DNA of 64,000 bases from an uncultured Chloroflexia bacterium (lineage in GTDB: Bacteria > Chloroflexota > Limnocylindria > Limnocylindrales > CSP1-4). The number at the start of each line of letters is the position of its first letter. The stretch's first letter is position 1. The DNA lies in assembly GCA_963813305.1 (NCBI GenBank), contig CAWEYP010000006.1:123048-187047 (forward strand), in the 5' to 3' direction. The notes below the pieces were generated by a model that was not told where the DNA came from, made no database searches, and saw only the letters and a program-made list of their open reading frames with translations. Position numbers and translations under genes: made by a program. This document shows positions 62,460 through 64,000 of this stretch, in pieces.

Positions 62460-62710
62460 CATCGTGCGCTGAGAGCGCTGTAGGCTAATCTTCTGGGCGT
62501 CGCTCCCGAAGCACATGCGTTTCGTGAGCACGAAATCGGTCGGGGTGTAGCGCAGTGGTAGCGCACGTGCTTTGGGAGCCGCTGGGGCCTATGCGGCCTA
62601 GGGTCGGCGGTCCTGAGCACGAGACGCCGAGCGGCGTAGGCACCGATTATTGTGCGGTTCGCGAGCACGAATCCGACGCCTGGGCTCCAGCGCTTGGCTC
62701 CGCGCAGTCC
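62460..62710 (+). repeat. Copy D of the structured repeat (full length with right extension)
   Basis: catcgtgcgctgagagcgctgtaggctaatc ... ggggtgtagcgcagtggtagcgcacgtgctttgggagccgctggggcctatgcggcctaggg ... ccgattattgtgcggttcgcgagcacgaa ... ccagcgcttggctcc. Confidence 0.75.
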
Positions 62711-62870
62711 GGGCGCTTCTCCCGGACGTAGGGCAGCCCGGACGGGTGTTCGGGCTGCGGCGGCGCGAGCCCCCTGGTCAGCTCGACGATTCCCGTGCGG
62801 ATGTCGACCGGGATCGCCTCGGAGGTGATCGTGGCGGCGAAGCCACGTCCCTCACTGGGCGAGGTGACGT
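62690..62870 (-). pseudogene. Remnant of the 3' end of the small Cys gene (homologous to 53013..53165), lacking the N-terminal part
   Basis: Encodes ...SEGRGFAATITSEAIPVDIRTGIVELTRGLAPP. Compare ...TEGRGFAATVTSEAVPMDVLKGIIEATKGLAPP at copy B. The upstream sequence is unrelated. Confidence 0.35.
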
Positions 62871-63007
62871 GTCCAGACGGAGGTCGCGGTGGCTGACGTC
62901 GCGCCGGTTGCGTGCCTCCCGTGCCGTCTCGACCTCGAGGACCACCCGCCAAGAGATGCCGCAGGAGGCTGACGCGGGCAAGCGGCCGAGGATCGGTCTG
63001 CTGAGGG

Positions 63008-63364
63008 TCAGCTCGGCGCTCGCCCCGTTCCGCGGCGCCAGGGGACTGTGCCATCCAGCTCGATGTCGAGCGAGAAGCTGAGAAACGTCCGGACGAGCAC
63101 GATGATCCCCAGGGTGAGGGCGCTCTCGATCGTCTGATCGATGGTCACCGTCAGGACGATGTCGGCGATGATGAGGACCTCAAGGCCCAGGAGGATGCAG
63201 CGGCCCAGATTCTGCCGCAGGCGTTCGTAGGCCGGCCGTGGCGGGCCCCGGAACAGGTCGCGAACGTAGGCGACGACGGCGATGAGTCCGCCGCCCGCGA
63301 GGACCATGACGCCCGCGATCTCGAAGCCGCGCACGACGCTGTCCATCATTTCAGTGAAGGTCAC
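63008..63364 (-). CDS. DUF1622-like small membrane protein (118 aa)
   Basis: GTG start with RBS ggaaggag. Four short hydrophobic segments. Confidence 0.5.
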   Translation of the reverse strand: MTFTEMMDSVVRGFEIAGVMVLAGGGLIAVVAYVRDLFRGPPRPAYERLRQNLGRCILLGLEVLIIADIVLTVTIDQTIESALTLGIIVLVRTFLSFSLDIELDGTVPWRRGTGRAPS

Positions 63365-63458
63365 AAGCCCGCTCCTTCCGCCGCCGGGACTGCGACGAGG
63401 CGTCCGACAGCATCACTCGCATCACAAGACGCCAGGGGCCCAATTGACGCCCGTCGTC

Positions 63459-64000
63459 TCAGAGCCGCGCCAGGCCGCGGCCGAGGCGCCGTCGATAGGC
63501 AGGCGCGACGAGCGACCGCCATATCGGCCCGAACGAGCGCCCAGACTGCGCGACGCCCTCGTCGAGCTCGCGGACGAACCGGTCGATCGACCTCCGCTCG
63601 TGCTTCGACATTGATCCCGAACCGGCGATGAACTCACGCCCGTGCGTCGCCGCGACGTGGAGGTCGTGCTGGGCGCCGAGCTGGTCTTGGAGCGCGACGA
63701 CCGGGCGGATGAGCAGCGTGGCTTCCGGCTCGATCGGCTCGCGGACGAACTCGAGCGTGTAGCGAAGCCACTTGGCGGCGATCCGGAGCGCGTGGAGGGC
63801 GGCGAGGTCGGCGCCCGCGAGGCCCTCCTCAAAGGCCCAGACGGTTCCATAGGCAGCCCAGGCCGTCGCCGGCATACGGTTCCGGACGAGCCCGGGGGCG
63901 TGCGGGGCCACGGGCGCGACAGCCAGACCCTTCGTCTCCGCAAGTGCCTCGCACTCGGCGAGGAAGCGGGCGAAGGATTGGGAATCGCAAGACTTCGACC
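63459..64000 (-). CDS. CHAD-domain protein, C-terminal part. The 5' end lies beyond the window
   Basis: CHAD motif (LHALRIAAKWLRYTLEF). The frame stays open to the window edge. Confidence 0.55.
   Translation of the reverse strand, partial: SKSCDSQSFARFLAECEALAETKGLAVAPVAPHAPGLVRNRMPATAWAAYGTVWAFEEGLAGADLAALHALRIAAKWLRYTLEFVREPIEPEATLLIRPVVALQDQLGAQHDLHVAATHGREFIAGSGSMSKHERRSIDRFVRELDEGVAQSGRSFGPIWRSLVAPAYRRRLGRGLARL

Noticed and set aside
50018-62710. CRISPR array formed by the recurring 20-nt tgcggttcgcgagcacgaa motif
   Set aside because: The intervening sequences are about 140 nt and homologous to each other. Units are separated by several kb of genes. No cas genes are present.

Overview
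High-GC (about 70% or higher by eye; not computed) bacterial chromosomal segment, Actinomycetota-like in codon usage and gene content. No rRNA genes, no complete tRNA genes and no CRISPR array are evident.

Gene content, left to right:
- A PPIase / mazG-rph-rdgB house-cleaning operon.
- A 1220-aa adenylate cyclase-AAA-TPR (STAND-like) protein.
- An orphan, frameshifted cpaF pilus ATPase that reads in frame into a RidA-like domain.
- An M1 aminopeptidase.
- A MarR-regulated small gene.
- A five-gene same-strand cluster: LAL-type LuxR regulator, two small ORFs, and a MacB/FtsX-type ABC exporter.
- GlsB and CsbD stress proteins.
- An intact 2892-aa cyclic beta-1,2-glucan synthase next to a PAS-GAF-GGDEF diguanylate cyclase.
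- groES-groEL.
- A sugar-acid-like catabolic cluster: ALDH, FIST protein, FGGY kinase, DapA-like aldolase, IclR.
- A ferredoxin / FAD-oxidoreductase / cytochrome-b-like / 21-heme c-type cytochrome operon.
- A regulator-dense region at 43-63 kb: Crp, three ECF sigma genes, an anti-sigma with beta-propeller, a second LAL regulator, two LuxR-type HTH solos, and TetR.

The 43-63 kb region carries six co-oriented copies (four full, two partial) of a roughly 230-nt structured repeat. Each copy has an internal 20-nt direct repeat, imperfect terminal inverted repeats, and a module that looks like the acceptor stem and D-arm of a tRNA.

At least 11 genes show single-nucleotide frameshifts. Most are at short G/C runs. 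I take these to be assembly indel errors until shown otherwise.

All annotation rests on reading translated ORFs and motifs by eye. No database searches were run.
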